This document shows positions 10,754 to 20,441 of a DNA stretch of 64,000 bases, piece by piece. The notes under the pieces are model-generated. The model had not been told where the DNA came from. It did not search any database and was given only the letters and a program-made list of their open reading frames with translations. The position numbers and the translations under genes were made by a program. Origin of the DNA: an uncultured cyanobacterium (GTDB lineage Bacteria > Cyanobacteriota > Cyanobacteriia > PCC-6307 > Cyanobiaceae); contig CAVONQ010000016.1 in the NCBI GenBank assembly GCA_963697335.1, positions 65,965 to 129,964 of the forward strand, read 5' to 3'. The number at the start of each line of letters is the position of its first letter. The stretch's first letter is position 1.

Positions 10754-11936
10754 TGCTCCAGGCCCCCCAGGGGATCCGGGGGGCAGGCCCGCCCAGGTCG
10801 CGTTGCCGGAGGGGCCCCTCTCCATGAGCCTGCTGCTGGCGGTGGAGCCTGTGACACTCCGACGGCTGCTCCGCCTCGGACTGCGGACCGGTCTGGAGGA
10901 AGGGGAGTTTGATCAGCTCTGCAGCGCCAGCGCCGACGCCATGGGCATGGCCCCGGCAGCCCTGCGTGAGGGCTTCAGGCACGGGGGTGGCTCGGCTGGG
11001 ACCCCGGCCGCGACCGCTGGCGGACGCGTCTAGGCGCCCCCTTCGCCCCGCCGCCTCAGGATTGTCCGGCCGCTGAGCGCGGTCCTGCAGCAGTGGGTTC
11101 ACCTGCTCCGGTGCCTCATCGTGGGGGCAATGGCCCAGCCCCGGCAGTTCATGCAGGCGGCGCACGCAGGCGAAGCGCTGCCAGCGGCGGGCTTCGGCCA
11201 CGGGTTCCCAGGGATCTGCCTGGCCGCAGATCAGGGTCACGGGCGTGGCCAGCTCGCCGAGCAGGTCCGGGGCCAGGTAGTCATCGAAGAGATTCACGAA
11301 GCCGCGGAAGGCCTCGCTGGCGCCGGGCTGCTGGGCGGGGGTGAGCAGCAATTCCACCAGCTGCTCATCCACGTTGCGGCCGCTGGGATAGGCCTGGAGC
11401 AGCACCCGGCGGATCGCCTGCGGGCGGGCGAAGGAGCGGAACAGCAACTGGGTCAGCCAGCGTTGGCGCACCACGCTCTTGAGCGCTGGGCGCAGGCGGC
11501 GCAGCCCTGCGGGCTGGTCAACCAGGCGCTTGTCATCGAGGGCTCGCTGGGCGCAGTCCACAAGCACCACGCCGAGGGCGGGATGGCCGCTGCGCTCCAG
11601 CTTGGCAGCGGCCGCCAAGGCCACGACGCCGCCGATGGAGTTCCCCACCAGCTGCACCGTCTCCAGCTGCTGGGAGGCGATGAACGCCACCACCTGATCG
11701 GCCCAGAGCTCCATGCCGTAGTGCAGGCAGCCCGGCAGGTCGGGTTCGTCCCGCAGGCGGGAGCGGGGCTTGTCGCTGGCCCCGAAACCGATCAGGTCAA
11801 GGGCATAGACGGGCCGCTGCTGCCGAAGCGCCTCCACGGTGTGGCGCCAGTGTTCCTTGCAGGCCCCGAAGCCGTGGATCATCAGCACGGGAGCCCCGGG
11901 GGTGGCGGTCAGGGCCGGTGCGGCCAGATACGCCAT
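10650..11936 (-). CDS. Alpha/beta fold hydrolase (family-like sequence ends ~11085; the rest of the ORF is probably spurious)
   Basis: IHGFGA, DLIGFG, GNSIGG nucleophile elbow, GHCPHDE. Confidence 0.88.
   Translation of the reverse strand: MAYLAAPALTATPGAPVLMIHGFGACKEHWRHTVEALRQQRPVYALDLIGFGASDKPRSRLRDEPDLPGCLHYGMELWADQVVAFIASQQLETVQLVGNSIGGVVALAAAAKLERSGHPALGVVLVDCAQRALDDKRLVDQPAGLRRLRPALKSVVRQRWLTQLLFRSFARPQAIRRVLLQAYPSGRNVDEQLVELLLTPAQQPGASEAFRGFVNLFDDYLAPDLLGELATPVTLICGQADPWEPVAEARRWQRFACVRRLHELPGLGHCPHDEAPEQVNPLLQDRAQRPDNPEAAGRRGRLDASASGRGRGPSRATPVPEALTQGCRGHAHGVGAGAAELIKLPFLQTGPQSEAEQPSECHRLHRQQQAHGEGPLRQRDLGGPAPRIPWGAWSISAAHRPGRWRAGSRRRSTGGQERPPGPGCRWQW
10824..11033 (+). CDS. Small probable winged-helix protein, apparently frameshifted near 10970
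   Basis: MSLLLAVEPVTLRRLLRLGLRTGL..AALREG; the -1 frame continues LQARGWLGWDPGRDRWRTRLG, which resembles a wing. Confidence 0.5.
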   Translation: MSLLLAVEPVTLRRLLRLGLRTGLEEGEFDQLCSASADAMGMAPAALREGFRHGGGSAGTPAATAGGRV

Positions 11937-12259
11937 CCGCCAACCCCGCCAGGTCGCAGGGGGGCGGGGCGGAGAGCCGGGTGCGGGATAGGCACGCAGA
12001 CGGCGGGGGCAGCGCAGAGCCCGGACCGGCGGGCGCCGGGGCGGGCGACGCGCAGCAGGCGGGCGCGGTGAGAGCCGCGACGCGCCGCAGATCAGGCGGC
12101 GGCGGACGGGGAGAGGAGAAGGAGACGGGGCAGGGCGCCGGGCGGCATGGCCGCGAGCCAGGCTGGGGGGTAGGGAGAGGTGACCATCGGGCTGGGGCGG
12201 GGGACTGATCGGTGCCGGCCGCCATCTCGTCGGCGCTGCGGGGCCGCCTCCAGCTGGTT

Positions 12260-12688
12260 TCAGACCGCAGCCTTCTGGTTGTCCAGCAGCTGCTTGAGCT
12301 TGGCCAGCTCGCCGGCCCAGCGGGGGTCGGGGGCCTCGCTGTCCACCTGGTCGGCGTGGACCACTTTGTTCACGGTCTTGCGTTGGGGGGCGGTGCCGGT
12401 GCCAGCACGGCGGTCCGAGGTGGGGGCGGCGCCGCGGGCGTCGCGGCGCTCGGAGACCTCGATGCGCAGGGTGTTGCCACCGAAGTCCTTGCCGTTGAGC
12501 TGCTCGATCACGGCGTCGGCCAGCTTCTGGTCGTCCACGTTGGCGAAGCCGAAACCGCGGCAGGCGCCGGTGTCGCGATCGTTGACGGCCTTGAAGCGCA
12601 CCCCTTCCCCGATGGCCGTGAACAGAGCTTCGAGCTCCTGGGCATCAAAAGACTGCGGCAGGTTGCCGACGTAGAGACGAATGCTCAT
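12260..12688 (-). CDS. RRM RNA-binding protein (Rbp family)
   Basis: RNP2 LYVGNL, RNP1 RGFGFA, C-terminal PDPRWAGELAKLK. Confidence 0.93.
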   Translation of the reverse strand: MSIRLYVGNLPQSFDAQELEALFTAIGEGVRFKAVNDRDTGACRGFGFANVDDQKLADAVIEQLNGKDFGGNTLRIEVSERRDARGAAPTSDRRAGTGTAPQRKTVNKVVHADQVDSEAPDPRWAGELAKLKQLLDNQKAAV

Positions 12689-12760
12689 GGCTGGGGAAGG
12701 AATAGGAAAACGTTTCGCAGGCGAGGAAAACCTCAGACACACGCCTATGACATCTGGAAG

Positions 12761-14029
12761 TTAACCACGCCGCCGGTCCAGCCAGGCCCTGGCGGCGATC
12801 AGAGCTGTCGTGCTGGCAGCCGGATCCTGCGGCGGGATCCGGCCAAAGGCCCGCTCCAGGGTGAGATGCCTGATCAGCACTCCCAGTTCGGGCCCCGGGG
12901 CCAGCCCGAGGGCCTGCTGCAGCTGCAGGCCGTTGAGGGGAGAGCTGGGGTGAAAGAGGGGGTCTTCCCCCCGCCGCCAGCGCTCCATCTGCTGGCGCGC
13001 CTGGGGGGCCGGCAGGGTGAGCAGCAGGGCTGGCAGGTCCGCCTCCAGGTCCAGGTGCAGCTGCAGCTGCTCGGCCTCCGTGAGGGCAGGGCCCGCTGCG
13101 GCCTGCGCCCACCGCCTTCTCCACTGGCGCAGGCGTCCGCAGCGCTGCTGCAGCTGGCGGCTGGCCCGGAGCTGGCCCAGGGCCTGGGGCGACAGCAGCG
13201 CCGCCAGCCGGGCCAGGGGCAGGGCCCAGGCTGCCGTGGTGCCCAGCCCACAGGCCTCGGCGTGCTCGGCGCTGAGGCTCAGCAGGGCGGGCTCGGCCAT
13301 GGGGTCGGCCCCCCACGGAGTCAGCAGATTCAGGGAGGCACATCCGGCCAGGCCCCGCTCGCCGCCAGGGGCCTTGGCCAGCTTCTCCAGTTCGGCGAGC
13401 ACCCGCTCCCCGGCCACCTCGGCCAGCCTCGCCGCGTGGCGCTGGATCCAGCTGCGGCTGCGCGCCTCCAGCACGAGCTCCAGCTCCACCTCCAGGCGCA
13501 GGCCACGCAGCAGCCGCAGCGGATCGGCCAGCAGGTTGGCCTCGCTCACGGCGGCCAGGCGGCCGGCCCTGAGGTCGCCCAGGCCACCGGTGGGATCCAG
13601 CAGTGGCCCGCCGGTGGCCAGGGGCAGGGCGATGGCGTTGGCGGTGTAGTCGCGGCGGTGGAGGTCGTGCTCGAGGCTGCTGCCCTCCTGCCGGGCCAGG
13701 TCCAGGGTCCATCCCCGCAGCACCAGCCGGGCGATGTCCCGGTCGGGGTCAAGCACCACACAGGTGCCGCCGTAGCGGCGGGCCAGCTGCCGGCCCAGGG
13801 TGATCGCTCCGCTCGGCACCACCAGGTCGAGGTCGGGGCAGGGCGCCAAGCGGCCGAGCAGGGCATCGCGCACGGCTCCCCCCACCAGGGCGGAGCCGGC
13901 GGGGAAGTGGGCCAGGGGCACTGGCCAGTGCTGGGGCGACAGCCGCTCCCACAGCCGCACCGCCCGCTCGTCAGCCGGCAGATTGCCCGCCACAATGGGC
14001 GCCTGGCGCGGCCTGGCCGGGATGTGCAT
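12761..14029 (-). CDS. tRNA nucleotidyltransferase (CCA/poly(A) polymerase family); start uncertain
   Basis: VGGAVRD, DLDLV, DLHRRDYTANAIA, DPLRLLR. Confidence 0.9.
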   Translation of the reverse strand: MHIPARPRQAPIVAGNLPADERAVRLWERLSPQHWPVPLAHFPAGSALVGGAVRDALLGRLAPCPDLDLVVPSGAITLGRQLARRYGGTCVVLDPDRDIARLVLRGWTLDLARQEGSSLEHDLHRRDYTANAIALPLATGGPLLDPTGGLGDLRAGRLAAVSEANLLADPLRLLRGLRLEVELELVLEARSRSWIQRHAARLAEVAGERVLAELEKLAKAPGGERGLAGCASLNLLTPWGADPMAEPALLSLSAEHAEACGLGTTAAWALPLARLAALLSPQALGQLRASRQLQQRCGRLRQWRRRWAQAAAGPALTEAEQLQLHLDLEADLPALLLTLPAPQARQQMERWRRGEDPLFHPSSPLNGLQLQQALGLAPGPELGVLIRHLTLERAFGRIPPQDPAASTTALIAARAWLDRRRG

Positions 14030-14273
14030 CTGCGTGAACTGCCGCTGGGTCGACCGCTGTCAGGCCTACCACGCGGTGGAGCGGCAGCACGGTGCACCCC
14101 ATCTCAGTGCCGAGCCCGACTTCCGCCCCTCCCAGCCCCGCATCCACGTGCAGGTGCTCGACCTGGAGGCCGAGGGTGTGGGGGTGGAATGGGACGTGCG
14201 GGGCTGTGACTCCTTCGCGGCCGATCCGGGCCGCTGGCAGCGCCTGCGCCCCGGGGAGGTTTGCCCCCCATGA
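14022..14273 (+). CDS. ycf34: Ycf34 family protein
   Basis: MCICVNCRWVDRCQAYHAVERQH..EWDVRGC. Confidence 0.9.
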   Translation: MCICVNCRWVDRCQAYHAVERQHGAPHLSAEPDFRPSQPRIHVQVLDLEAEGVGVEWDVRGCDSFAADPGRWQRLRPGEVCPP

Positions 14274-14884
14274 GCTGGCTCCTGGCCCTGCACAGTTCCA
14301 GCCCGGTGCTTGGCGTGGGCCTGCGCCGTCTCGATGGCGGTGGCTCTGACCAGGTGCGGCTGTTTCCCCTGGGCCGGGATCTCTCCAGCGGCCTGCTCGA
14401 GAGCGTCGAGTCGCTGCTTCCCGCCTCGTCCTGGCCTCAACTCTCGCGCCTGGCCGTGGCCACGGGGCCGGGTGGCTTCACCGGCACCCGGCTCACGGTG
14501 GTGCTGGCCCGCACGCTCGCCCAGCAGCTGGCGATTCCCCTCGATGGCCTGGGCAGCTTCCTGCTGGTGGCCCAGCGCCGGCAGCTTGCCGGGCCCACCT
14601 GGTTGAGCCAGGAGCTGCCGCGCCGGGGGGTCGTGGCTGGGGTCTATGGTCCCCGCCCCGACGCCCTGGGGGGCATGGCGCAGTGGCGTGAGCCCCGGCT
14701 CTATGGGGACATGGAGGCCCTGCGCGCAGTGGAGCCCGATCTGCCGCTGCTATCGGCGGAGGTGGATGTGGAGCGTGATGTGCTGCAGCTGCTGGCCCTG
14801 AGCGCCCAGGCCCACGCCGCCGCTGTGGCGGCGCCCTGGGAGCCGGTATTGCCGCTCTACCCCACCTCCCCGGTGCCGCTCTGA
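14270..14884 (+). CDS. tsaB: tRNA t6A biosynthesis protein TsaB
   Basis: LAVATGPGGFTGTRL. Confidence 0.9.
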   Translation: MSWLLALHSSSPVLGVGLRRLDGGGSDQVRLFPLGRDLSSGLLESVESLLPASSWPQLSRLAVATGPGGFTGTRLTVVLARTLAQQLAIPLDGLGSFLLVAQRRQLAGPTWLSQELPRRGVVAGVYGPRPDALGGMAQWREPRLYGDMEALRAVEPDLPLLSAEVDVERDVLQLLALSAQAHAAAVAAPWEPVLPLYPTSPVPL

Positions 14885-15519
14885 TGGCCCCTGCCTCCCG
14901 CCGGCACCAGCGGCCCAGGGGGCTTCCGGGTGCGGCACGCCCCCGGTCGCGCCGCCGGGGGGGTAAGCGCTGGCTGTTTCTGGCCCTGGCGGCCGGCCTG
15001 GCGGTGCTCTCCCGGGGCTGGTGGTGGCCGACGCCGCCACCGGCCCAGATGATCCTGGTGCTCGGCGGCGATGTGGAGCGGGAGCGCCATGCGGCCCAGA
15101 TCGCTGCCGAGCGGGGGCTTCCCGTGGTGGTGAGCGGCGGCAGCAATCCCGAATTCGCCCACTGGCTGTTCGAGGAGCGGCAGGGCCTGAAGCCTGGCCA
15201 GGTGAAGCTCGACTACCGCGCCAACGACACCCTCACCAACTTCACCTCGCTGGTGGACGACCTGCGCCGGGCCCGCATTCGCCACGCCCTGCTGGTGACC
15301 AGCCAGGACCACATGGACCGGGCCCTGCTCGTGGGCCGCATCGTGGCCGGCAGCAGGGGCATCCACCTCACCCCGGAACCGGTGGACTGTGCCGACCTCT
15401 GCAGCCCCGAGAGCCGCCAGAAGATCTGGGGTGATGGCCTGCGGGCGGCGCTGTGGGTGATCAGCGGCCGTGACCTCAGGAGCTGGGCGGCAGAGCGGCT
15501 GAGTCTGAAGCCCCGCTGA
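14884..15519 (+). CDS. YdcF/DUF218 family protein
   Basis: N-terminal TM, ILVLGG, VVVSGG, DTLTNF, LVTSQDHMDRA. Confidence 0.85.
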   Translation: MAPASRRHQRPRGLPGAARPRSRRRGGKRWLFLALAAGLAVLSRGWWWPTPPPAQMILVLGGDVERERHAAQIAAERGLPVVVSGGSNPEFAHWLFEERQGLKPGQVKLDYRANDTLTNFTSLVDDLRRARIRHALLVTSQDHMDRALLVGRIVAGSRGIHLTPEPVDCADLCSPESRQKIWGDGLRAALWVISGRDLRSWAAERLSLKPR

Positions 15520-16252
15520 GCCGGTTCCTGCCGATCAGTCCCTCGTCGAGCAGGGCATTGATCTGCTCCTGGCAGGCCCGGGTGGCCGCATCCAGATCGG
15601 GTCGACGGCGCGAGCTCGGCGCTGGAATCGGCGTGCCGATGCGGATGTGGATCGGCACCAGCCGGATGCCGGAGCCACCGGGCCCGAGGGCCCGGTGGCT
15701 GTTGAGGATCGCCACCGGCAGCAGGGCTGCGCCGCTGCGGGCGGCCAGCAGGGCGGCTCCAGCCAGGGGGTTGTTGACCCGGCCGTCGCTCTGGCGGGTG
15801 CCATCGAGAAACACGCCGGTGGCCCAGCCCTCCTCAAGGCGATCTGTGGCGGTGCGGATCGCCTCGCGATCGCCGGCGCCCCGGGCCACGGGATAGGCCC
15901 CGCAGGCCCGGATGATCGGCCCCAGCAGCGGCACCCGGAACAGCTCGGCCTTGGCCATGAAGGCCACGGGCCGGCCGAGGGCATGGCCCAGCAGGGGTGG
16001 ATCGAGATGGGAGCCATGGTTGGCCACCACCACCAGAGCCCCCTCGTGGGGCACATGGCCGTTGCCGGCGGTGCGTCCGCGGAACAGCAGGCGGTAGATC
16101 GGAAACACCAGCAGATAGCTGATCAGCCGATACACCAGGCTGGGTCTGGGGGTGCGGATCAGGGCCGGTGGCTCGCTGCGCTTGCGCCGCCGCAGCACCC
16201 GCTTCACGGCGTTGACGGGCCGACTGCCCGGGCGCAGACCGGAGCGGCTCAC
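15476..16252 (-). CDS. plsC: 1-acyl-sn-glycerol-3-phosphate acyltransferase
   Basis: NHGSHLDP (HX4D), FMAKAELF, FLDGTR. Confidence 0.9.
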   Translation of the reverse strand: MSRSGLRPGSRPVNAVKRVLRRRKRSEPPALIRTPRPSLVYRLISYLLVFPIYRLLFRGRTAGNGHVPHEGALVVVANHGSHLDPPLLGHALGRPVAFMAKAELFRVPLLGPIIRACGAYPVARGAGDREAIRTATDRLEEGWATGVFLDGTRQSDGRVNNPLAGAALLAARSGAALLPVAILNSHRALGPGGSGIRLVPIHIRIGTPIPAPSSRRRPDLDAATRACQEQINALLDEGLIGRNRLSGASDSAALPPSS

Positions 16253-17139
16253 AGCCCCAGGTCGGCGGCGCCACCGATCTGGGCGGTGGTGATCCCAGGG
16301 CAGCTGCGCTTCAGCAGGCCGCTGAGTACCGCTCCGGGGCCGATCTCCACGGCCGTGGTGATGCCGGCAGCTTCACACTGGGCCATGGTCTCTCGCCAGC
16401 GCACGCCGCTGGTCATCTGCTCTCGCAGCCTGGCCTTGAGCACGTCACCGCGGCTTTCCGGGGTGGGGTCGGTGTTGCTGAGCACGGGCACGCTGGCATC
16501 GGCGAAGGGCACGTCCTCAAGCTGGCGGGCAAAGGCCTCGGCGGCCTCGGCCATGAACGGTGAGTGGAAGGCTCCGCTCACCGCCAGGGGCACAGCGCGC
16601 CGGCAGTGCAGCGCCTCGCTCACCTGCGCCACGGCCTCGGGCGTTCCCGAGAGCACCACCTGGGCGCTGCTGTTGTCATTGGCGATCACCACCCCCGGGT
16701 TGGCGGCCACCAGCTCCTCCAGCAGCTCCCGCTCGAATCCCATCACCGCCGTCATCGCCCCGCCGCCGCCTGAGGCCATCAGGCTGCTGCGGCTGCGCAT
16801 CAGCTCCAGGCCGGTGGTCACGTCGAACACCCCGGCGGCGTAGAGCGCCACCAGCTCACCCAGGCTGTGCCCTGCCATCAGATCGGCCTGCCGGCCCTGG
16901 GCCCGCAGGCCATCCACCAGCAGGCTCTCCACCACGAACAGGGCCGGCTGGGTGTTGCGGGTGTCGTGGAGGTCGCTGAGCTCGCCCTCGGCCTCGCCGG
17001 CGCAGATCGCCAGCAGGTCGCGGCCAAGCAGCGCGGAGGCCTGGTCGAAACGCTGCCGCGCCCCCGGAAGCTCCAGCACGCCCGCGGCCATGCCCAGCTT
17101 CTGCGAACCCTGGCCGGGAAACACCCAGGCAATCCCCAT
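16249..17139 (-). CDS. fabD: Malonyl-CoA:ACP transacylase
   Basis: FPGQGSQ, GHSLGE, VSGAFHS. Confidence 0.95.
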   Translation of the reverse strand: MGIAWVFPGQGSQKLGMAAGVLELPGARQRFDQASALLGRDLLAICAGEAEGELSDLHDTRNTQPALFVVESLLVDGLRAQGRQADLMAGHSLGELVALYAAGVFDVTTGLELMRSRSSLMASGGGGAMTAVMGFERELLEELVAANPGVVIANDNSSAQVVLSGTPEAVAQVSEALHCRRAVPLAVSGAFHSPFMAEAAEAFARQLEDVPFADASVPVLSNTDPTPESRGDVLKARLREQMTSGVRWRETMAQCEAAGITTAVEIGPGAVLSGLLKRSCPGITTAQIGGAADLGL

Positions 17140-17193
17140 CCCGCTGCCCCTGATCACAACGCCAGAGGCTACGGCCAGACCCCACCGACGCCC

Positions 17194-18276
17194 TCAGGCC
17201 TCAGGGCTGGTGGTGGCCTGGGGACCAGACCAGCGCAGCAGGGCGGCTCCCCAGCTCAGACCGGCTCCGAAGCCACTGCTGCCCAGCAGCTGGCCCGGTT
17301 GCACCCGTCCATCGCGCACGGCCTCATCCAGCATCAGCGGGATGGTGGCGGCCGAGGTGTTGCCATAGGCGGCCAGATTGCTCAGCACCCGCTCGCGGGG
17401 CACGGCGAAGCGCTCCGCCACGGCATCGAGGATGCGTTGGTTGGCCTGGTGCAGCAGCAGCCAGTCCAGCTCGGCGGGCGTGGTACCCGTGCCTTCCAGC
17501 AGCTCGGCGAGGATCGCGGGCACTTCCCGCACGGCGAACTTGTAGACCTCCTGGCCGTTCATCTGGATGGCGGCAAATCCGCCGCGCTGGCTGGTGAGCC
17601 CGTCCAGCAGGGGCTGCTGATCCTCGGTCTGGGCCAGGGTGAGGCAGGCGTTGCGGGAGCCATCGGAGCGCATCCGGAAGCCCAGCAGCCCCGTGGCTTC
17701 TGGCGCACAGGCCTCCACCGCCACGGCACCGGCGCCGTCGCCGAACAGCACGCAGGTGCCCCGGTCGTCCCAGTCCACCCAGCGACTCAGCTGGTCGGCG
17801 CCGATCACCAGGGCCCGGCGCACGGACCCGGCGGCGATGTACTGCCCCGCGGTGATCAGGGCGAACAGAAAGCCGCTGCAGGCCGCCGTCAGATCGAAGG
17901 CCACCGCGTTCACCGCGCCCAGTTGCCCCTGCACCAGGGGGGCCGTGCCGAACAGGTCGTCGGGACTGGAGGTGGCCAGCAGGATCAGATCGAGATCCTC
18001 AGCCCGCCAGCCGGCGTGGGCCAGGGCGGCCGCGGCGGCCTGGGTCGCCAGGGCTGTGAGCGGCTCGTCCGGCCCCGACACCCGGCGGGCCCCGATGCCG
18101 GTGCGGGAGCGGATCCAGGCATCGCTGGTGTCGACCCGGCGGCTCAGATCCTCGTTGCTGACGCTGGCGCTGGGAACGCCACTGCCGCAGCCCACCAGGG
18201 CCATGCCCGGGGTGGCCCTGCCCTGGGTTTCTGCCTGGGAGAGCGAAACGCCGAGAGCCAAGGGCGGGCGACCCAC
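17194..18276 (-). CDS. fabH: Beta-ketoacyl-ACP synthase III (start uncertain, 18204-18276)
   Basis: AACSGF, LFGDGAGA, HQANQRI, GNTSAA. Confidence 0.95.
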   Translation of the reverse strand: MGRPPLALGVSLSQAETQGRATPGMALVGCGSGVPSASVSNEDLSRRVDTSDAWIRSRTGIGARRVSGPDEPLTALATQAAAAALAHAGWRAEDLDLILLATSSPDDLFGTAPLVQGQLGAVNAVAFDLTAACSGFLFALITAGQYIAAGSVRRALVIGADQLSRWVDWDDRGTCVLFGDGAGAVAVEACAPEATGLLGFRMRSDGSRNACLTLAQTEDQQPLLDGLTSQRGGFAAIQMNGQEVYKFAVREVPAILAELLEGTGTTPAELDWLLLHQANQRILDAVAERFAVPRERVLSNLAAYGNTSAATIPLMLDEAVRDGRVQPGQLLGSSGFGAGLSWGAALLRWSGPQATTSPEA

Positions 18277-18288
18277 AAGTGGGCTCAG

Positions 18289-19599
18289 TCAACCACAGGC
18301 CACAGCGCCGCTTTCCTGGCTGAGCGCGTGCAGATTCACCATCACGCCGTGGTTGGCGGCCGAGTGGGCGAGCCGCAGGGCACTCAGCACCGAGAGGGCC
18401 TTGCTGCTGCCATGGCCGATCACACACACACCGTCGACGCCGAGCAACAGGGCGCCGCCATGCTCAGCGTGGTCGAGGCGTTTCTTGATGCGGCGCAGGT
18501 TGTTGATCAGGAAGGCCGAGCCCACCTTGCCGCGGCGTCCCCTGGGCAGTTCCACCTTGATCACGTCCAGCAGCACGCTGCCCACACTCTCGAGAAACTT
18601 CAGCAGCACGTTGCCGGTGAAGCCGTCGCAGACCACCACGTCGAAGGCGCCGGAGAGAATGTCCCGCCCTTCGCAGTTGCCGGCGAAGTGGAAGCGGGGT
18701 TCTGAGCTCAGCAGCCCATGGGTGCGCAGACAGAGCTCGTTGCCCTTGCACGACTCCTCGCCGATGTTCACCAGGCCGATGCGCGGTTGGGCCACCTGCA
18801 GCACATCCCGGCTGTAGATGTTGCCGAGCAGGGCGAACTGCAGCAGCCACTCGGCCTTGCAGTCCATGTTGGCGCCCACATCCAGCACCAGCACCTGCTG
18901 CTCGGGGTCCTTGGTGGGGAACAGGGCGCCGATGGCGGGGCGGTCGATGCCCTTGAGCCGGCCCAGCCGAAAGATCGCGGCGGCCATCACGGCACCGGAG
19001 TTGCCGGCCGAGTACACCGCCGTGGCCTGGCCCTGCTTCACCAGGTCCATGGCCATGTTGATGCTGGCATCGCGCTTGCGGCGCACCACGGTGGCCTCCT
19101 CGTGCATGCCCACCGAGGGGCCACTGGGCACCAGCTGGACCAGCCCGGCGCTGATGGCGTCCTGGAGGCGGTCCTGCAGCCCGAGCTCGGCAGCAGCGGC
19201 CTGCAGCGGGGCGGTTTCCGCCACGAAGCGAATGCGCAGCGGCAGGCGCTCCACGGCCTGCAGGCAGCCCTCCAGGATCGGTCCTGGTGCGTGGTCGCCG
19301 CCCATGCCGTCCACGGCCACCCAGAGGCGGTCGGCGTCGTTGATGGGCTCGTCCTCATCGGGGCCGCCCAGGCCCCGCTGCAGGCGCCGCAGGGGGTCCA
19401 CCACCAGCGGCTGCAGCACGGTGTTGGCGGCGCTGCTGGCCACACCGGCGACACTGCCCGCCCCGGACACTGCCGTGCTGGCGGCGGTGCTGGCGGTGCC
19501 GACCAGGGAGGTCACCGCGGCATTGCGGCGATACCAGATCACCAGGCGGCGGATCGCCCGCCGCGGTTTGGTGCGCTTCTCAGGCTCCTTCGGGGGCAA
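18289..19599 (-). CDS. plsX: Phosphate acyltransferase PlsX
   Basis: VDGMGGDHAP, SAGNSGA, LDVGANMD, IGHGSS. Confidence 0.95.
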   Translation of the reverse strand: MPPKEPEKRTKPRRAIRRLVIWYRRNAAVTSLVGTASTAASTAVSGAGSVAGVASSAANTVLQPLVVDPLRRLQRGLGGPDEDEPINDADRLWVAVDGMGGDHAPGPILEGCLQAVERLPLRIRFVAETAPLQAAAAELGLQDRLQDAISAGLVQLVPSGPSVGMHEEATVVRRKRDASINMAMDLVKQGQATAVYSAGNSGAVMAAAIFRLGRLKGIDRPAIGALFPTKDPEQQVLVLDVGANMDCKAEWLLQFALLGNIYSRDVLQVAQPRIGLVNIGEESCKGNELCLRTHGLLSSEPRFHFAGNCEGRDILSGAFDVVVCDGFTGNVLLKFLESVGSVLLDVIKVELPRGRRGKVGSAFLINNLRRIKKRLDHAEHGGALLLGVDGVCVIGHGSSKALSVLSALRLAHSAANHGVMVNLHALSQESGAVACG

Positions 19600-20338
19600 C
19601 GGGATCGACGATGCGTTGGAACAGATAGCCGGTGCCCCGCGCCGTGAGGATCAGCTCGGGGTTGGCCGGATCATCCTCCAGTTTGGAGCGCAGTCGGGAG
19701 ATGTGGACATCCACCACCCTGGTGTCCACGTGACGCTCGGGGGTGTAACCCCATACCTCCTTGAGAATCTCGCCGCGGCTGAAGGGCTCGCCGCTGCGGC
19801 TCACCAGCAGTTCCAGCAGGCTGAACTCCATGCCGGTGAGTCGGATCCGCTCATCGCCGCGGTACACCTGGCGCTTGTTGGTGTCGATGCGCAGGTCACC
19901 CACACCGATCACCCCCGAGTTGGGGATGCCCGCCACCTGTTCCTTCTCCACCCGGCGCAGCACGCAGCGGATGCGGGCCTCCAGCTCCTTGGGGCTGAAG
20001 GGCTTCACCACGTAGTCGTCGGCGCCGAGCTCAAGGCCGGTGATCCGGTCGGCCACGTCGCCGAGGGCAGTGAGCATCACGATCGGCACGTCGGATTCCT
20101 TGCGCAGCTCCTGGCACACTCCGTAGCCGTCCAGCCGGGGCATCATCACGTCGAGCACCACCAGGTCGGGGGGCTGCTCGCGGAACCGCTCCAGGGCCTC
20201 CAGGCCGTCGGCGGCGGTCACCACCTCGTAGCCGATCATCGACAGCCGGGTCTCGAGGATCCGGCGGATACTGGCCTCGTCATCGACGACCAGGATCGTC
20301 TCTTTCTCTCGAACTGGACTGGTGGGTGACGCCGTCAT
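19580..20338 (-). CDS. rpaB: OmpR-family response regulator RpaB
   Basis: KETILVVDDEASIRRILETRLSMIGY..WGYTPERHVDTRVVDVHISRLR. Confidence 0.95.
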   Translation of the reverse strand: MTASPTSPVREKETILVVDDEASIRRILETRLSMIGYEVVTAADGLEALERFREQPPDLVVLDVMMPRLDGYGVCQELRKESDVPIVMLTALGDVADRITGLELGADDYVVKPFSPKELEARIRCVLRRVEKEQVAGIPNSGVIGVGDLRIDTNKRQVYRGDERIRLTGMEFSLLELLVSRSGEPFSRGEILKEVWGYTPERHVDTRVVDVHISRLRSKLEDDPANPELILTARGTGYLFQRIVDPVAPEGA

Positions 20339-20441
20339 CTCCTCCGTTCGACCTGTACATCAGATCGCCCTACTGAAAAGGCCAGAGGGGCGGTTATTTC
20401 ATGCAACGCCACCTTTCTTCATAGTCTCCGCCCACCAGCCC

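Noticed and set aside
10650..11085. C-terminal extension of the alpha/beta hydrolase
   Set aside because: Low-complexity sequence antisense to the MinD end and the small ORF; more likely a missed stop from an indel than a real domain.
19320..19599. N-terminal extension on PlsX
   Set aside because: Recalled as common in picocyanobacterial PlsX, so not novel here.
12212..20329. Long antisense and alternate-frame ORFs (e.g. 12212-14209, 16867-18705, 18818-20329)
   Set aside because: Typical stop-poor shadows of high-GC genes; no family motifs.
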